Shown here: positions 35,851 through 39,121 of the stretch, one piece after another | Position numbering within the stretch: the stretch's first letter is position 1 | Layout: every line of letters starts with the position of its first letter | IMG/VR virus record: IMGVR_UViG_3300023095_000005 | Coordinates: 1-39,121 of that record | Length of the DNA stretch: 39,121 nucleotides | Source: a virus | Lineage: Duplodnaviria; Caudoviricetes | Strand: one strand, 5' to 3' | The notes under the pieces: generated by a model | What the model was told of the DNA's origin: nothing | Databases searched by the model: none | Seen by the model: the letters and a program-made list of their open reading frames with translations, nothing else | Made by a program: the position numbers and the translations under genes

Positions 35851-36097
35851 GCGGCTCTGGTAAGGGTTGCCAATATAAGGGGCCATATTTTTTACGTTCT
35901 TCTTTGTTCATATCAAGTTTCCATGGTCTATAAATAGAATCTCCATGAGAATTAACCCATAGATAGGGATAACCGGCGTCATTATATGGTTGATAAGATG
36001 CAACGGTAATGCGAAATTCATCCCATTCGTTACGATAATAAATTAATACTTCATTCCCATCCTTCGGCGCTGTGTCAATTGGTTGCCATTTATTCAT
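35840..36097 (-). CDS. DUF551-like protein
   Basis: WQPIDTAPKDG.EVL...YWQPLPEPP. Confidence 0.8.
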   Translation of the reverse strand: MNKWQPIDTAPKDGNEVLIYYRNEWDEFRITVASYQPYNDAGYPYLWVNSHGDSIYRPWKLDMNKEERKKYGPLYWQPLPEPPTP

Positions 36098-36195
36098 AAT
36101 CCAGCCTCCACACCCTTAACATGTACCTGCACCCAGAACATGATCTCAAGCGGGTCTGTCAAGGTTAATAGGTGTTCTATTTGCTCATCAGTCAT
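36094..36195 (-). CDS. small hypothetical protein (33 aa)
   Basis: Manual ORF MTDEQIEHLLTLTDPLEIMFWVQVHVKGVEAGL; overlaps both neighbours. Confidence 0.45.
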   Translation of the reverse strand: MTDEQIEHLLTLTDPLEIMFWVQVHVKGVEAGL

Positions 36196-36301
36196 GATTC
36201 ATCCAATCCACAACATGGTCAATGCCACCAGCCAACAAGGCAATAGGCATGATGATAAAGAAAAACACGATAGAGATGATAAGTATGGATAGACGCGTCA
36301 T
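36188..36301 (-). CDS. small membrane peptide (37 aa)
   Basis: Manual ORF MTRLSILIISIVFFFIIMPIALLAGG...; GAGGA RBS, ATGA coupling. Confidence 0.5.
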   Translation of the reverse strand: MTRLSILIISIVFFFIIMPIALLAGGIDHVVDWMNHD

Positions 36302-36519
36302 TTTAATTCCTCTTTGCTGGCAACTCTGGTTATAGTCATGCCTTCTTTGTTGCTTCTGCATTTAAAGTAATAAGTGCATTTCTTGCGCTTATGGTTATAT
36401 CTGTGATAACTATAAGCTGTTTGGCGCAGATTTTCAAAGCATTCAATCTCTGTGTCTTCTTTGCTGAAAAACTTAGGTTCGCCAATACCCAAAGATTTTA
36501 ATCCGTATTTATCTGCCAT
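36298..36519 (-). CDS. small basic putative DNA-binding protein
   Basis: KYGL.SL.IGE..F...LRQ.A..Y...F.CR...G..ITRV; GGAGG RBS. Confidence 0.65.
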   Translation of the reverse strand: MADKYGLKSLGIGEPKFFSKEDTEIECFENLRQTAYSYHRYNHKRKKCTYYFKCRSNKEGMTITRVASKEELK

Positions 36520-37098
36520 TTAATCCTCCCGCGCTGGCAAGTAGGGCTGTAACAGGGCGAGGGCTTGCTCTGCCGTATCCATGTAATCTTGAATAGTTGG
36601 TGATCCGCCATCTGGTGGTACAAGGCAGCCGTTTTTAATATGGTGCAATGCTAAGTCCACCCGTTGCAGCACGTCTGCTGGCACGGCTCCAATACACTCA
36701 GCAATATAAGAGTATTTTACTGGCACCTCTGATATTATGGTTGATCTTTCAAAACCATCATCTGAAACCATTTTTAATTTGAATAATTTCAGTGCCTTTG
36801 CCGCTTTATCTATCTCCGGGAATTGCATCTTATCCGGCGTAGTAATGAAATCCATTAAAGTACTTACTTGATCCGCCCGATCAGCATCTTCTACACCCAC
36901 GGTCTGGCGCTGATCGCTGGCGGGTTGTGGTGGGGTGGTGGGATCAGATAAATTCCGAGTTTCCAAAAGCTGATTTTTAATGTCTTCAAGTTGAGAATAC
37001 TGGTCTGGATTAAGACTTTCTGCACCCATCTCCATCACCATTTCAATCAGGCTCTTTTCGATGTATTTGTGAATTTTTCTCTTAGACATTTTTCTCAA
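36520..37098 (-). CDS. mosaic hypothetical protein
   Basis: ORF track; Pro-rich linker between modules. Confidence 0.65.
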   Translation of the reverse strand: MRKMSKRKIHKYIEKSLIEMVMEMGAESLNPDQYSQLEDIKNQLLETRNLSDPTTPPQPASDQRQTVGVEDADRADQVSTLMDFITTPDKMQFPEIDKAAKALKLFKLKMVSDDGFERSTIISEVPVKYSYIAECIGAVPADVLQRVDLALHHIKNGCLVPPDGGSPTIQDYMDTAEQALALLQPYLPARED

Positions 37099-37375
37099 TC
37101 TCCTGTGCTTTTGTTTCTAGTGTTGCGGCTTCACTATACAAATAGTAAAGAATGTAATCATCATTTAGAGCGTCTGCGTTTTTTCGTATATTTTTTGCGC
37201 ATTCTCTAAGAGTTTTGGGGCATAACACACCCTGCGCCGTTGCCGGGCTTTGCAACTGTGCTTGTTCAAGACATTCGACAATGGTGTCAAATACAACATC
37301 ACCGTAAATTTTACGCATACCTGGCTCATCATTTTTAAAATGCTCTAAGGCATACTGGATATTTTCAGCGTCCAT
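37082..37375 (-). CDS. hypothetical protein
   Basis: Track ORF 37082-37411; likely start MDAENIQ at 37375. Confidence 0.6.
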   Translation of the reverse strand: MDAENIQYALEHFKNDEPGMRKIYGDVVFDTIVECLEQAQLQSPATAQGVLCPKTLRECAKNIRKNADALNDDYILYYLYSEAATLETKAQEIEKNV

Positions 37376-37526
37376 TCTCTTCTCTCCATTTCTGGTATTG
37401 AATTTTTTCATCCGGCGATAATTTGTCGCTCCAATGTGAAAGTGTCAGCTTGCTTGCATAAAATAGCATGATGGATATGCCGATAATAAACGGAAGGGCT
37501 GCCAATACTTTTATTACAAAATCCAT
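37365..37526 (-). CDS. small membrane protein (53 aa)
   Basis: Manual ORF MDFVIKVLAALPFIIGISIMLFYASK...; AGGAG RBS; TGATG coupling. Confidence 0.55.
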   Translation of the reverse strand: MDFVIKVLAALPFIIGISIMLFYASKLTLSHWSDKLSPDEKIQYQKWREENGR

Positions 37527-38005
37527 CACACATCTCCTGTTGGTTTCGGCGCGGCTGCGATCATGGCTTTGTAGATAACAGCGGCAACTGTGCCTTTTGC
37601 TGGCACATCGTTTGTGTCTGGGATTTCTTCAATCAACCATTGTGGAATTGCGCGACCCATAGCTTTTAAATGATAATGGAGACTCTTACCCGTCGGTCTG
37701 TCATTCATGCGCGTCCACATAACAATGTCACGCGCTAGACCTCCCCATTGCCCCTCTGTCGGCTCCACTGGCACCAGAACCCAACCGTCCGGCACTTGAT
37801 CGACCTTGGCGCGTTGCTGTTCGAGGTAGGCGCGGGATGCATCGATTATAACCTGTGCATGTTCCTCTGAGCCACACCACAATAACCACTCACCGTTATC
37901 TGTCGTCCCATGTCTATCACAGTGAGGACAAGTAATATGCAGTTCATAATCCGGTTTTGTTGCGTTCATTAACGCCGCTTCCAGTTTTTCTAAATCAATC
38001 GTCAT
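37526..38005 (-). CDS. mosaic early protein (P22 Ead/Eaa-like)
   Basis: IDLEKLEA..AT, CPHC, VPDGWVLVPVEPT...YKAMIAAAP. Confidence 0.7.
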   Translation of the reverse strand: MTIDLEKLEAALMNATKPDYELHITCPHCDRHGTTDNGEWLLWCGSEEHAQVIIDASRAYLEQQRAKVDQVPDGWVLVPVEPTEGQWGGLARDIVMWTRMNDRPTGKSLHYHLKAMGRAIPQWLIEEIPDTNDVPAKGTVAAVIYKAMIAAAPKPTGDV

Positions 38006-38139
38006 CTCAAAACCTTTCTACATCTAAGGCAATAACATTGGTATCTTGGTGGGAAAGACCCATCTCTTGTGTTGAAAAAACCAGAAATATAAAAAGCCTG
38101 AACATGCCCTTTTAACAAACAAAGAATGCGGTCAATCAT
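38002..38139 (-). CDS. small Cys/His zinc-binding protein
   Basis: MIDRILCLLKGH...C.RC; TGATG coupling at 38139. Confidence 0.55.
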   Translation of the reverse strand: MIDRILCLLKGHVQAFYISGFFNTRDGSFPPRYQCYCLRCRKVLR

Positions 38140-38816
38140 CACACACCCCCGGCGCGTTCCGCCAGCAGAGCGCGGATGGTTTTTATTGCACAATCATCTA
38201 AACAATCAGTCACATGATCATCCATGCAAGCAATATCAAAACACTCTTTAGTATGTTCCAAATCCTCACTGCTGACGTTCGACGTGGCGGGGCGTTGCAG
38301 GGCTTTCAACGGAATGTAATCGTGAACAGCATCGTCACAGATAATATCTTTGCCTTCATTTCGTAACCAACTATCACCCCAATCTGGATGTTGCCCGCGC
38401 CACACAATTTGAATGTCGCTTCTCTGTGGCGATTTACCCCGAGTGGAATACCTGACTAAAATTCTCTGACCGTTTTTAGCTCTATCGTCTATCGGCAACC
38501 AACCCATTCCAGCACTGTCTGCGACGCGGATATATTGAACTTGATAAGTACTAACCTGTTCAACAGAGGCTCTATCAAAGTTGCCATCTCTACCATATAG
38601 CCAAATACGCTCTGGCATTTCGGTTTGATTCTTTTCAGTTATGTCATCCCCATCTGCGGCGGGTGGCAGGGTCAGGCGGCCTGTGGACGCGATTACAGCG
38701 TCAATGGCTTCGTTCCAGCCCTTAGCTTCGTAATAAGCAGGGTTCTGGTGATCGTGAAAAGGACCAGTAAATTGACGTGGTAATTCCCGCTTCAAAGACT
38801 CTAAATTGTTTTCCAT
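38139..38816 (-). CDS. mosaic early protein with DUF551-like module
   Basis: GWNEAIDA, MPERIW...YIR, GWLPID..AKNGQRILV. Confidence 0.7.
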   Translation of the reverse strand: MENNLESLKRELPRQFTGPFHDHQNPAYYEAKGWNEAIDAVIASTGRLTLPPAADGDDITEKNQTEMPERIWLYGRDGNFDRASVEQVSTYQVQYIRVADSAGMGWLPIDDRAKNGQRILVRYSTRGKSPQRSDIQIVWRGQHPDWGDSWLRNEGKDIICDDAVHDYIPLKALQRPATSNVSSEDLEHTKECFDIACMDDHVTDCLDDCAIKTIRALLAERAGGV

Positions 38817-39121
38817 GTTATATCCTTTACAATGTTATAAATAGATTTTTGGTCTACTCCATACTTATTTGAAATTTGTCTATAACCATAAACGCCTTTT
38901 ATATATGAAGATTTAATTTCTTTAACCTGATCTATGGTTAATTTACTACTACCATGTTTCTCAGCTTTAGAATTTGTTCCATGATTACGAGCATCGTTAT
39001 AATTGTCATGCGCTGTACCGTATCGGAGATTTTCAGGTCTATTATCAGAGGGATTTCCATTATTGTGTAAAGTCATTGGTAAATCCGTTTCACCATGAAA
39101 CGCTCTTGCTACTAGGGTAGA
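38801..39121 (-). CDS. NUMOD4-HNH endonuclease, C-terminal part (HNH + HTH)
   Basis: AFHG...LHNNGNPSDNRPENLRYGT..DN; SKLT..QV.EI...YRQISNKYGV....I..IV. Confidence 0.85.
   Translation of the reverse strand, partial: STLVARAFHGETDLPMTLHNNGNPSDNRPENLRYGTAHDNYNDARNHGTNSKAEKHGSSKLTIDQVKEIKSSYIKGVYGYRQISNKYGVDQKSIYNIVKDITWKTI
39103..39121. repeat. terminal direct repeat / circular overlap (copy 2)
   Basis: Identical to 1-19. Confidence 0.95.

Overview
The window looks like a complete, circular ~39.1-kb genome of a P22-like (podovirus-type) tailed phage of a Gram-negative host. Bases 1-19 equal bases 39103-39121, and a NUMOD4-HNH gene reads in frame across that junction. There are two transcription arms. 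The minus-strand early arm runs 7819->1, wraps, and continues 39121->35840; it encodes an RHH regulator, a PD-(D/E)XK nuclease, an SSB-like protein, an RtcB RNA ligase, RusA, the HNH nuclease and many small mosaic ORFs. The plus-strand arm carries a primase-helicase with an iteron-like repeat cluster, an array of promoter-led mini-cassettes (one apparently a structured ncRNA), TerS/TerL, a P22-type portal, a ~7-kb fibre/adhesin/SGNH-esterase block between portal and scaffold, the coat protein, tail hub, GNAT, ejection proteins, a short tailspike-like protein and a lysis cassette (M15 endolysin, two spanins). I saw no integrase, CI-type repressor, DNA polymerase, canonical tRNA or CRISPR array. 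Most notable: (i) a promoter-led, ORF-less, multi-stem RNA with T-loop-like sequences in a small phage that also carries a repeat-flanked rtcB; (ii) a 15-bp box shared exactly by the portal and scaffold promoters; (iii) the displaced receptor-binding block. All product calls come from motif recognition by eye; no searches or folding programs were run.
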